Positions 11,062 to 23,100 of a stretch of 64,000 bases of DNA are shown one piece after another. Source of the DNA: Psammoneis japonica (lineage: Eukaryota); NCBI GenBank assembly GCA_008632985.1, contig QPGO01000031.1:186001-250000 (forward strand), in the 5' to 3' direction. Position numbers and translations under genes: made by a program. The notes beneath the pieces are model-generated. The model was not told the DNA's origin and searched no databases. It saw only the letters and a list, made by a program, of their open reading frames with translations. Each line of letters opens with the position of its first letter. The stretch's first letter is position 1.

Positions 11062-12831
11062 CTAGTCTCTAGCCGCCATGTGTGTGCAGAACTCATCAAA
11101 CAACACGTAACCTCCGTCATTGGTATCCATGGCTTCAAACACCTCTTCCGCGTCCGAGATGTTTAGTTTGGAGGAAGCGGCTACAAACTCTTCCTTGGTA
11201 AGACGACGGTCATCGTCAACATCGGTTTCTTCAAAAACTTTCCAAAAGTTGTTGTAGTACACAATGTACTTGAGGAAGAAAACAAACTCGTCGCGCTTGA
11301 CAAAGCCATTGCCATCGCGATCTGAAGCTTTGTAAGCCCTCATAATGGCGGGTTTGTTGTTGAGCTTTGGCCAAAGCTCCACCACAGCCTTATCCAGTTC
11401 TGCCAAGGAAAGAATGCCGTTTCCATTGTAGTCAACCGTGTCAAAGACCTTGAAGCATTCATCCTTTGGTGGGACATCAATGTTCAGTACAGCATCAGGA
11501 ATCGGCTCCGTAGCAAGAGCACTCTCTGGCTTTTCTCCGGAAACATCTTTCGCTACTTGAACTGGTGCACTTTCGGCGGCGGGTTTCTCCGCGGTGATGG
11601 ACATGTTGGACGTGTCTTCTCGTGCCATTCGCGCACAGAATTCATCAAACAGAACAACGCCTCCTTTATTCGAGTCCATTTCTTCAAAGAAGCCATCCGC
11701 ATCCTTGATATTTAGCTGCGGTGCAACGGCCAAGAACTCGTCCTTTGTGAGACGACGGTCTCCGTCCGTGTCGGTGGCTCCAAACAACTTCCACAAATTG
11801 TTGTAGTACGAAATGTACTTGAGGAAGAAAACAAACTCGTCACGCTTGACAAAGCCATTCCCATCGATATCCGAGGCCTTGTAAGCCCTCATAATGGCGG
11901 GTTTGTTGTTGAACTTTGGCCAAAGCTCCACCACAGCCTTATCCAGTTCTGCCAAGGAAAGAATACCGTTTCCATTGTAGTCAACCGTGTCAAAGACCTT
12001 GAAGCATTCATCCTTGGGTGGGACATCAATGTTCATTACAGCATCTGGGATCGATTCCGGGACCGTTTCGCGAGTCTCTGCAGAGTTCTTTGGTTTTCCT
12101 TGAGAGGACACCGGCAAAGCCCTCTCCGCCGGTTCTTCATCGGCGGACTTCTTGGTTGATTTAGATTTCTGGGGAGCTCGTCCATTCATCTTTGTATCTT
12201 TCGGAACAGAGCCTTGGCTTGCCATGTGCGCACAAAACTCATCAAAGAGGACCACACCTCCCTTGTTGGTATCCATCTCGTCAAATACCTTGCCTGCATT
12301 GGAGATTCCTAATTTCGGTGCAGCCATTTGAAACTCTTGACGCGTAATTCGCCGGTCTCCGTCTTGATCCGTGGATTCAAACACGCGCCACCAATTGTTG
12401 TAGTAATAGATAAACTTGAGAAACGACTCGAACTCATTCCGCGAGACATATCCGTTGCTATCACCGTCTGATGCCTTGTAAGCTCTCATGATTGCTGGCT
12501 TGTTGTTCAATTCGGGCCAAATCTCTACCACGGCCTTGTCTAATTCCGCTAGCGACAGAATTCCGTTTCTGTTCATGTCAATGCTATCAAATATCTCCAT
12601 ACACTTGCTGTGAGACGGAACGCTAATATCCTTGACGGGAGGAGGTGGTCGAGCAATGGGCTTTTTGGGAGTCGTCGATTTGAAAACCGGAAGCGTCGTG
12701 GGCGATGACGGCCGAGCCTGCGGTCGCTTCCACTCGGTCACGTCCTTGTCGGGATTGCTGTATTTCTGGGTCCGTTGTGCAATACTCGCCTTGGTTGGCG
12801 ATTGATACAAGCGTTCAAACACGTTCGACAT
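11062..12831 (-). CDS. EF-hand calcium-binding protein with three tandem 4-EF modules (calflagin-like)
   Basis: Repeated D.N.NGILSLAELDKAV, DGNGFVKRDEF, DGDRRLTKDEF, DSNKGGVVLFDEF; modules 2 and 3 near-identical at DNA level. Confidence 0.9.
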   Translation of the reverse strand: MSNVFERLYQSPTKASIAQRTQKYSNPDKDVTEWKRPQARPSSPTTLPVFKSTTPKKPIARPPPPVKDISVPSHSKCMEIFDSIDMNRNGILSLAELDKAVVEIWPELNNKPAIMRAYKASDGDSNGYVSRNEFESFLKFIYYYNNWWRVFESTDQDGDRRITRQEFQMAAPKLGISNAGKVFDEMDTNKGGVVLFDEFCAHMASQGSVPKDTKMNGRAPQKSKSTKKSADEEPAERALPVSSQGKPKNSAETRETVPESIPDAVMNIDVPPKDECFKVFDTVDYNGNGILSLAELDKAVVELWPKFNNKPAIMRAYKASDIDGNGFVKRDEFVFFLKYISYYNNLWKLFGATDTDGDRRLTKDEFLAVAPQLNIKDADGFFEEMDSNKGGVVLFDEFCARMAREDTSNMSITAEKPAAESAPVQVAKDVSGEKPESALATEPIPDAVLNIDVPPKDECFKVFDTVDYNGNGILSLAELDKAVVELWPKLNNKPAIMRAYKASDRDGNGFVKRDEFVFFLKYIVYYNNFWKVFEETDVDDDRRLTKEEFVAASSKLNISDAEEVFEAMDTNDGGYVLFDEFCTHMAARD

Positions 12832-13010
12832 GGTCAAAGTTGCTTCTGATGTCAAACGACTCTTTTGAAAGATTTTGAAACACAGTGCAATGCGACAACA
12901 ACACGTCTCTCTGAGATCTTGACGCTGGTCCTCCCAGGATTCGTTATTTCATCTTCGTGGTTGCCAGACTGACTCGGGATTCAAAGCAAACTCCAGCTCG
13001 TGACTGACGG

Positions 13011-13192
13011 ATGACGTCATGGGTCGTGGCTGGAATTTTCTGAGTCACATTTTTTTATCACTAACGTTGCGTTGCCAACAACTCGATTTGACTCACTCAT
13101 CCATCGTGACACTGCTGGTGGATTACATCAGCACTGTGCATTTTGTGTACATTTCTACTGAAATGTGAGCGCCTGTGTTGTCGAGCACGTCA
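13011..13192 (+). promoter_or_regulatory. Cluster of bZIP-type sites upstream of the LHC gene
   Basis: ATGACGTCAT palindrome 13011-13020, TGAGTCA 13041, TGACTCA 13089, CACGTCA 13186. Confidence 0.4.
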
Positions 13193-13291
13193 GCTAACGA
13201 GTTGACGGGAGCCCAGAACTCTTTGGAAAAACGCTTTCATCTTCTCACAATTTCCAAAAGTCTACAAAGAACAACACACTACCCAAACACA

Positions 13292-14092
13292 ATGAAGATC
13301 GCCGCCACTGCCCTCCTTGCCTTCGCCGCTGTTGGTACTACCTCAGCTTTCACTGCCGCTCCAGTTGCAAAGAGCACTTCTTTTGCTCTCCGCGCTGCCG
13401 ATGAAGACATCTCCGCCGAGCCCATGCCCGTTGCCGCTGATGCAGAGGAACCAGTCGTCGTTGCCGAACCCACTCCTTCGACTCCAGCCATGTCCCAGGC
13501 TTTGCCCTTTATGGCTCGTCCTTCTGCTCTCAACGGTGAACTTGCTGGTGATGTCGGATTTGACCCCCTCGGCTTTGCCAAGACCAAGGAAGACCTCATG
13601 AATTACCGCGAAGCTGAAGTCAAGCACGCTCGTCTCGCAATGCTCGCTGCCGCCGGATGGCCTCTTTCTGAACTCTTCGACAAGAAGATTGCCGGAGCTC
13701 TTGGTATGGATGCTGTCCTTGACTCCAACGACCGCGTCCCATCAGTCTTGAACGGAGGCTTGGGAAAGATCAGCCCCATTTACTGGGCTGGCTGCCTCGC
13801 CGTGGCTGCTGCTGTTGACCTATACGGCATGTCCAGAAAGAGCAACGCCGACTACTTCCCGGGAAACTTGGGGTTTGATCCGCTCGGACTGTACCCCAAG
13901 GACCAAGCCGGACAAGAAAGAATGCAATTGGCAGAAATCAAGAATGGACGCCTTGCTATGATTGCTGTTACTGCCTTCGCTGTGCAAGAGTTTGTGTCTA
14001 AGCTTGGCGTTGTTGACGAAACACCAATCTTTTTCAAGCCACTCGGAACTGCTCTTCATGAATACGCCAACACTGGATACACACTGCACTAA
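13292..14092 (+). CDS. Light-harvesting chlorophyll a/c-binding (LHC/FCP) protein, Lhcz-like
   Basis: Signal peptide followed by TSAF cleavage motif; GDVGFDPLG, REAEVKHARLAMLAAAGWPLSE, PGNLGFDPLG, AEIKNGRLAMIA. Confidence 0.95.
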   Translation: MKIAATALLAFAAVGTTSAFTAAPVAKSTSFALRAADEDISAEPMPVAADAEEPVVVAEPTPSTPAMSQALPFMARPSALNGELAGDVGFDPLGFAKTKEDLMNYREAEVKHARLAMLAAAGWPLSELFDKKIAGALGMDAVLDSNDRVPSVLNGGLGKISPIYWAGCLAVAAAVDLYGMSRKSNADYFPGNLGFDPLGLYPKDQAGQERMQLAEIKNGRLAMIAVTAFAVQEFVSKLGVVDETPIFFKPLGTALHEYANTGYTLH

Positions 14093-14587
14093 ATTTTCTA
14101 CACTAATCACCCTATAAAACTATTACAAATAAATAAATTTGTCCAAATGCTACACATCTACTTACCTAATTCATGCAAAGATAAGATGCACCAAATGAGG
14201 CGTAAAGCTTGTTATACGAATGTTGCGACGGATTTCCCTTAGTCGAAATGGATAGAGATATATAGGGTTCGCGATTTGGTTGAAACGCAAAGTATAACTA
14301 GATAACTGTAGAACGTTAGCTCTTACAGTCTACGACTTAGATCTGGGACGGTGAAGCATTCATTCGAAAACTTTACAACGTGTAGCTGCGCTGCGTGCTC
14401 GAAACGGAGCATTTAACTTGAGAGAAAGTCGCGTGCATTGCTAGAAAGCAGGAACCGCATATTATGATGCTGCCTTTTTTTAAAGGCTAGAACCAAAAAC
14501 CAACAAAAAATTTGCAAAGGAAGGAAATTGCTAATATGAATGAAAACCTTTGATAGTCAGGAGGAAGCATACACACATCTCGTTCAT

Positions 14588-14877
14588 GAACTCCTCTGTT
14601 TTAGTACCTACTCTCTTGCCTTCATTTCGGAAACACGCTGCTTTAGATGGTCGCGGACTGCCTTGCAGACGGCACAATCATGACCAGGGTGATGAGTCAC
14701 TCCTTCGAAGTCAACTTTGAGGTCATACTTCTGAATTCCTCTGATTTAGTACCTACTCTCGAGCCTTCATTTCGGAAACACGCTGCTTTAGATGGTCGCG
14801 GACTGCCTTGCAGACGGCACAATCATAACCAGGGTGATGAGTCACTCCTTCGAAGTCAACTTTGAGGTCATACTTCT
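14588..14877. repeat. 145-bp tandem duplication covering the 3' end of the 14753-15376 gene
   Basis: Copies 14588-14732 and 14733-14877 differ at about 5 positions. Confidence 0.95.
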
Positions 14878-15376
14878 TGACATAATTGTCGGAGCTTCCA
14901 GGGTCTTCGCCGAGGAGTTCGAGTTGTGCTTCCAGAGCCATCCACCCATAAGGGCGGTCAAATGACCCAAGTAATTCCAGTTCCACCATGCGATCATAGA
15001 CCGCATTGGTTTCGACCGGTGCCGGCATGTGGGCGAAGAACAACGTGTTCTTGCGCTCCCACGGATTCGCATCCGCCTTATCGTCGGCGAAACGATAGGT
15101 CTTGTGGAATTGCGCATAGGCAGCGAGGAGTTCCTGCTCGCTGTTGAAGTTTTCCTCCATGTTTTGGAGGTTGGTCACGACGTTTTCTGCTACCCAATCA
15201 TTCACTCCACCTTCAATGGGACACCGGCCAGTGAATACGGCTACTTTCTTTCCGTCAATATTGTAGGCATCTGCATGGAGTGCAAATACATGACCGCCGA
15301 GACCGTTGGTCTCAGCATCAACGTGAATTTCAGAAGCAATACCAGAAGCGATGAGGGTTTGAATACCAGTTTCCAT
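14753..15376 (-). CDS. Hypothetical protein (207 aa)
   Basis: ATG-initiated uninterrupted ORF with protein-like composition; C-terminal HH....CxxC. Confidence 0.65.
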   Translation of the reverse strand: METGIQTLIASGIASEIHVDAETNGLGGHVFALHADAYNIDGKKVAVFTGRCPIEGGVNDWVAENVVTNLQNMEENFNSEQELLAAYAQFHKTYRFADDKADANPWERKNTLFFAHMPAPVETNAVYDRMVELELLGSFDRPYGWMALEAQLELLGEDPGSSDNYVKKYDLKVDFEGVTHHPGYDCAVCKAVRDHLKQRVSEMKARE

Positions 15377-15822
15377 TTTGTTTTTGTTTATTCTTGTTCC
15401 TTTTTCCTACTTCTTTTCATAAGAGCTTTTCGGATTGGCTCTACTCTTCAAAAAGAGCACACATACAAGCGGCTATGCATCACCGCCATGCTTTGTGCTC
15501 AGCCGAAACCCAAAACTAAGCGCAACTGCGGCACCATGGTGTCGACTCCCCTCCCTCAGAGTGAAATAGTGCTGTATGATCAACTCGACTAATAACCTGC
15601 CGAAAAACAGACGCTCTGCGGGTGCAAAAAAGAAAAAAGAAAAAATAACAAAAGCATCATCTTCTCATCACACGCGCAACACAATAAATATTGTTTCGGT
15701 GGTGTCAGACAATTAGCCAACCAATCCAGCAGTAAAAAAGCGAGCTTCATTGATAACTTTGAACTCTTGTGTTTCAACTTGCAACGTTTCTCACTCCTTT
15801 TCTCAGTGAGCTGGATCAAGAA

Positions 15823-16628
15823 ATGGCAAATTTCAGCTCTTTGCCTCGTGAGGTTGTGTTGAAAATTCTGTCACATTTGGGCACTCCAAAGGACATTGCA
15901 ACGTGCTCTCGTCTTTCTCAAGACCTCCACGACGCAACGAAAGCGCCCCAACTATGGCGCGAACTTGCCATTCGCAAGTATGGATTGCATATTGCAGAAG
16001 CCACCATTCATCTGTATGGCGGAAACTGGAAAGGAATGCTAGAGGACGACAATTCTCAAGGCGCTGCCCCAACTATCAGAATGTTCAAGCCCTGCTTGTG
16101 GAAATTCAACAACAACGCTCATGTCCAACAGAGGTTATTCGGCGGCGGAGAAGGTCTCTTTTATTGCTGCATTATAACGGGAATCCAATGGCAACGAGCG
16201 AATGGAACGGTTCGGGTTTATTTTGATGCTCGTGGCGAGTCAGACTTGCGCGACCCTAGAAGGAGTACGATTAAAAGACCTAACGAGCCGCTACCACGAC
16301 TCGTCTTTCTCGATAGGTCGTCATTTGTCCGCATATCTTCATTGGTATGGAGAAATGGACACTTCAAGGGCTATATGATTTTTGACCAAGCAATGTTTCA
16401 AGAAGATGAAACGTACACATTCTGCTATGCCAACTTCTTTCATAATCGTCAGGCAGATTATGAAGTCATTCCTCTCCTCACCGGAAAGCTTGATGGTGCA
16501 ATGTTCGATCACTATACTTTGAACGAATACAACCTTTCGGTGACGAAACAGAAGAAATGGAGTTAGCTCGCTGGAAAAAGGTCTTGCCGGAGGGGTTCTT
16601 GGAAAGTCGTCCAGAGTGGTGGGTTTGA
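15823..16628 (+). CDS. F-box domain protein (probable indel near 16535)
   Basis: N-terminal FSSLPREVVLKILSHL..KDIATCSRLSQ..LWREL; the alternate frame continues FGDETEEMELARWKKVLPEGFLESRPEWWV*. Confidence 0.8.
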
Positions 16629-17163
16629 TTTATACAAGTTAAAGAGAGTAGGGCCCTTGTAGAGAGGGCCTAATAAGGACTACAGTATCTTGCATGTTTT
16701 TATTAACCCTTCTACTACCCGGTAGGCCTCTCTAGCTAGAGAGGTGGGGTGTTGTGTTCTCCGACCCCTTCAATTTTTGAGGATCAAAATATCCGATGTG
16801 TCGCCGAATCACTTATTTTATCTTCACAAGTTAATAATATATATCGATCATTTACTTAACGAAATATCTGTGGCGATTAATTACCTAATGTAGAAACGTA
16901 CATTATTCATATGATAATTAAAATTAAAATATGAATAATAGTAAAAACCATAGTACGACGTGTCACTTTGACTTCTCCTCACAATTTCATACTCAGTCGC
17001 CAATCTACTCTCTTCTTTGTTGTCCACATCGTCCGCCGATTAGCGATTTACGTCGGATTATACTGTAGCACTGTACTATCGTCCTACTTCCGTCTTGGTG
17101 GAGCACTCGCATGAGATATTGCGTCGGTGGAATAGGCAGAATTGTGCACAAGCGACAAACAAA

Positions 17164-20100
17164 ATGGCGGCTCCTTATGATGATGTCGACATCTGCGTGA
17201 CTTGTGTAAGTGACAAACCTCCGCAGCTACCTCTTCGAGAAGAACTAGTCAGCCTAGGAGTCGAGGTTGTGTATCGAGCTCGTGGTACTGGGGCACGTGC
17301 AGCAAGGGAGGAAAAGGAAAAGGCCCTGAACGAGTTTCAGGAGAGAGAACATAAAAAGGCCAAAAAGAGATGGCCGATTCCCCGGAGTCCAAAAAAGAAG
17401 AGGAAGAAGCGCGAAAAACGAGAGAGAATCGAGAAGGAGTTGAGTAGTTTGAAGAGCGTGTCGTATGAGGAGTACCTTGGCCACCTAAGCAAGAACGAAA
17501 AGCAAAACTACTCCCAATCCGACGTTGTCCTTAGTCAAACTGACTCTAGTGACACCGACGTGTCAAGCCTTGAAGATTCAAGATCAGACTTTCTGAAAAC
17601 AGAGAGTATTTCATTTGAGAACTCATTGAGGGAGGAGACAAATCATACCGATGATGATGAAATTGAGAACGTCGAGAGTTCAGGGGCAGGTTTCGCGCGA
17701 TTGACAACATCAGCGGAAACAAAATCGCCATTGCGTTCCAATAAGCAATCGATACCACAAAGTTCTGATACTGGGATTGATATGACTATCCCGCAGATGA
17801 CACATGCTTACGATACACAGCCGGTTCATCATAATGTGGTTAGTCCCTCTCCAGTTGCCTCCGCCAAAGACGACGCTGTAGAAGAAGCACTGAGTGTGTT
17901 TGCCAACATTGGTTCGGTGGCTGCTGCTGAATCGTCACTGGCAGCTGTACCGCAAGATTCGTTTGAAGGACATTCAACCTCAGGACAGCAAAGCAATACC
18001 TCCTAGTCACCGATCCTAATTGCGAGGTATCGTACATACCAACAGAAGAAGCTCCAATAAACTCATCTGTAGAGAGTGAGTATGCAAAGGAGCAGGCTAT
18101 AAGTGAAGCGTTCAATGTGTTTGGTGCAGAGAGTTCGATTCTTTCCGACACGCCAAAGTCAATGGCATCTTCGCTTGATTTCACGTATTCTCTCTCCAAA
18201 GAATCGACAGAGAACACTAAAAATATGATAGGGATAGAGCATAAAAGTCAGCGACCTTCCAAGGCTCAGGAGACGTCGCCACCTGACAAAGGCCTGGGCG
18301 GCCTCATATCCGCATCCGGCTCCGACAGCTCCGACAGCTGGACAGATCACAGCAAGGAGACTGCAGTTTCTAGTGGTTCTACTTTTAATCAGAAGGAGGT
18401 CCAGAACAATAGCGTTGGTCTCAATGGGACGACTGTCGATTTCATGTCTGCAGACGCTGATGCAATTCGAGACAGCATTGGAGAGTCTGAGACAGAATTC
18501 GCCGCCTCCGACGACAACAGTAGTTGGGGTGCCTCAGCATTGACCAAGATCTCAACCACCTTATACGGGGATGTCGGACCTCACAAGCAAGAACAAAGCA
18601 CGTCTACACCCGTTTCTGATACGGAAAATGATGTCAATGCACCGCTTTCCAAACGAGATGAAGCAGCGAGAAACGCCCTACTGGCAGTTCTATCCCGAGC
18701 TTCCCCTGATTCTCGCGAGGTGCAAATGATAGCTCAGATGAACCCCATCATCTTGAGAAAATGTTCCGGTAAAGATGGCAGGTTGCCCTTTCATGCTGCT
18801 TGCGACAAAGTGTTACCAGTCCGGAAGCTCTCTCGAGACTGTGACGACAGCGATTCGGTGTTGAAGGGCCTCAGAATGGATATCACAAACCATTTAGAGC
18901 TTTTGGAATCTTTGGCGAGCGAAAATCAAAATGCTTGTTCGGTTTTAGATGTACATGGAGACCTTCCTCTACATCTTTTGGCCAAAAGGCTTATAGTATG
19001 GGAAGACAACTGGGTAACAGAACTATTGGGCACTGATGCGTGGACGACCTCATCATCAGCAATGGTCGAGATTAGCCTAATAACCACTGCATGCATTGAA
19101 ATTGCTCTCAGGCCCATTGCATCAAATCGAGATTATTGTCGAGCACGAGGTAGTGAAGGCAGAATTCTTCCTCTTCACATCGCCGCATGGTTCAAGGCTT
19201 CGAGTCGCAGCCTACGTTTACTTCTTGAGTCATATCCAGAAGCAGCCAAAGTACCTTGTGACTTCAATGGAATAGTGTCGACCGAGTCTGACTCTCGTTT
19301 GCCTCTGGAACTTTTCGAAAGTTCCCGAGGTAGTAATGCTTTCTCTGCTATCATCATGACAAATAGCGCGGATGTCGAAGAAGAAAAAGAAAGGGAAAAA
19401 TTGATTAACTCTGACCTTCGTTCTGATCTCATATTTGCTTTCAATCCCGGTATTCTTCCCTATCGAAGAGACTTAAATCGAATCGTACGGATGGGGTCCA
19501 TGATTAAAGAGGAGGCCAATACTTTGTCACGCGAAGAGATGGAAAGCGACCTTACTCCTGCCGCAAATAGCGCTTGGTTTTGGTTGTGTACATTCGACGA
19601 CGGTCTTGATGATGACGATAATTATCTCGCCGACGTTGCTGATATTGTCAATGCACTTGACTCAAGCGTTGTGAAGAAACTGGCGATGGCAAAGAAAAGT
19701 GATGGAACTCTTCTTCTTGATGCTGCGCTACCGGAATGTGTTGACTTGATCAAAGCAAGAATCGCAAGTGGTGACACGCATCAGACGGAAGCCGCCCGTT
19801 TCGCACATGGCAAACCGGAGTTTGCGCCTGACGATATCACATATTCGGACGCAGATTCAATTCGCCAGGAATATCCGCAAGTGAATCCTGAACAAGAAGC
19901 GACTACGTCAGAAGTGGAAGTGACTCAGAGTGATGGATCGTCAGGGGGTGAAACATCCAATAGTTCTCAGGTATCACGCGTCAGCTCATCGAAGAGCGAG
20001 GACCTCGATTACTACTCGTTGGGTTCAGACAACGCAGAAGAAGGCGAAATTGATCCATCAAGTGCAGCACAATCGGAACCTTCGATAGAAACAGGCGTGA

Positions 20101-23100
20101 TTGATGCACAGTGTCAATCACCGGACGATCAAACATCAGACAGTGGTTCACAGCTATCATACATCCCTGGTCCACCATTGAAGATCGGAGAACTTGACGG
20201 TGGATTGAGTGCAATAGGTCAAGAGCCCGTAGCAGAGATTGGACATTGTATAGCACCGGAATCATCTGACGAGGAGAAATCAGAATACTCCAATGTATCA
20301 GTTGCCCGCTCAGCTGGTGGTGAGGATTACGAAGGAGGCTCGAACTCAGCTAGCACCCAATCCGTGTCGGAACAAAGTGAAGATGCAAGGGAAAAAGGGC
20401 TCTCCGATACACAAAGCCATACACTTTCTCCCGAACGCAATTCTTTCGCACTTAACGAAGAAACACAATTGTTGCAAAGCACCAACAAAACTCCTCCGGA
20501 TGATCACCACCCGCTAGTATCTTCAGAAATCAAGGAAGTACAAGACATACCAGCTCCGGTTGACGAGAAAGTCAATGCTGGGGCACTATGCAAAATGATA
20601 TTCAATGTAAAAGAAGAGTCCTTTCCGACAAATTTCGTCATTATGCCATACAAACTGAAGAAAGCGCCCGGAGGAAATCTTACGCTTGAATCTCCTGAGT
20701 ATGCAAGTGTTGCTATGAAGTTTGCTCAGTGCCTGCTGAATATCACGACTCCATCAAACATCTTTCATGTCATTGAGAAGAAAGCCGTTGAGCATCTTGG
20801 CTTCAAAATTTCTCCCTCACGCATACTGGCTTGGGAAGAGTTAGACATGAAAAATGCTGACATCGAGCTCATTCTCTTAAGCTTGTTTGAATCCAATAAG
20901 GGGTACTTGTACTTTCTCGATGAGAGAAATGGTGTTCCAGTGGTACCGTCGTCGTCTAATGAAGAACCGGGTTATCCAATTGAAATAGAAAATGTCGTTG
21001 ATGCCGTGGAGCGACTGTTGCCGCTAATGTTGATGGGTATGGTCCGCATGAGAGGAGAAAAAGCAGCGGTTGTTCTAGCAAAGACGATCCTTCAAGGAAA
21101 AGAATATGATGCTCCGCAAAGCTGGATCACTGCTTCACAACAAATGATTGCATGTTTTCATTCAACTGGGGGAGGAGGGTGCGATGGCAGTTTGGGGTCG
21201 ACAGCTTCGGAGCTAGACTCCTTGAGCGAGGAGCTCAAAGAATATGCAGATCAGTTGATTCCAATGAAAAGCCGCGGCGTCCTCAGAGTAAAACGGGGTG
21301 CGAGTGGATCGTTGAACTATCGTTCATGAAAGCACTACTAGAAAATGCTGGCTTTCGACGCACCTATGCAGGCCTATATCCTACTGAAGGCGTACGAAAT
21401 ATTGTTGTGTGGGCTACAAAAGCGCCTGTTGCAGAAGATCCCTCCTTGAAGACCCAAGATGTACCGCAACCCGAGACAGTGAATGTAAGCTTGAGCGCCA
21501 ATGTAGAAAATCGCAACAAGCTCAGCGAAGACGAAGATGATGCCAGTGTCGTCTCACGCGACAAAGACAGTAGTAGTACTACGATTACGCCGAAGGACGA
21601 TGTCTTTTCTTCCAAAGACGTCGATATCGGGAATGATGTCTATGCCGGTGACTCGAGTGAAAGAGAAACCGCCCATACAGTGAACGCAAGCGTGAGCGAG
21701 CATGTGAAAAATCGCAACAATCTCGGCAAAGACGACGACGATGCCAGTGTCTCAATAGAACATGATAGTACTCCCAAGGATGATATCTCTTCTTCCGAGG
21801 CCGTGGAGATTGTGGATGATGTTTCTTTCTTCGAACGAGTCGATAAAGACGTGGATATTTCTAGCGCTGAAAGGCTTGAAGCCGTATTAGAAGATGATCA
21901 CGAAGCCGATTCTGTGAGCTTGGCCGAAGCATCAAGTTGCGTTGCAGATGCAACAAAAGCCTCCGACACGGACGGCATGACTAGCAACGGAGACACATCT
22001 TCTAGCAGGGCCACCATTGTTCTAGACAACCGAAAAGAATTGAAGGAATCTCTTTTCGCAGCTGCTATGGGAGACTTTCCAGTTGGAGTTACCCCATCAA
22101 GGTCTGAGACTAGCAGTCTGGGAAGGCAAAGCACATCTTTAGAAAGCAGAGACCGCGGGAAGCCGAACGCTAGCTTAGCTCGATTTCTCGAATCAAACCC
22201 TTTAAATCTGGAATCTAGACGTCAGTCTGCAATGGATAGTCAGACCTCCCAAGAACGACGTACAGCGTGGCAGCGCAGCGAAACAAGCGAAAGTCACATG
22301 AGTGATATTCGATATACAACTTCAGTGTCGTCCACCGACGAAGAGATTTCACCAGAGTCAGCCACGAACGCAACGTCGAGCCAATCATCTTTCAACTTTT
22401 CGCATTTCGAAGGAAAATACGGAGACTCGATCGAAGGAACAAGAAGTCATGCAAGTTGGCCCCTAATTCAGAATCGCGAAGCGCTAAGAGAATACCGATC
22501 AGTGACGTATCAGCCAGTGATTGGGATGAGTCGGCAACGATAGAAAAGCCAGCAATCGAAGATTGCGTGATCATGTCTCGATCCAATTCGTCATCAAGCG
22601 GGAACACGTTCTGCCAATGAATGCAAATGACGACAGAGACACCGTCTTATTGTCCCGATCAGGATCAAGCTCAAACAGTAAAGGAGAGAATGAGTTATTT
22701 CTCCAGGAAACAAGGAATGATATTGCAGTGCAAGAAGCAACAGCCTCAGATCTCCGGGAAACAAGGAATGATATTACAGTGCAAGAGGCAGCGGCCCCAG
22801 AAGGTTTCGGGTTGGAAATTGTATGGGACGCACAGGCGTCTCAGTTAGCAAGTGGAACCAGTCAAATGATTCTTCCACAGACAGCAGTACTAGTTTAGGC
22901 GAAGCACCTGCTAGTGCATCACCAGTTATGAACAAAAATTTTCACCCTTGGGATGAATCAGGCGACTCCGTTAAATACTCCGAGCCTGTTACGTCAGGTA
23001 GCTACAATTGCAACTCAGGTGATTCAAGTGACAACGAAACCGATTTCTCGGGCGCTGTTGGTTTTCAACACAGAGGCCGGACGCTGTCAAATCAACAAGA

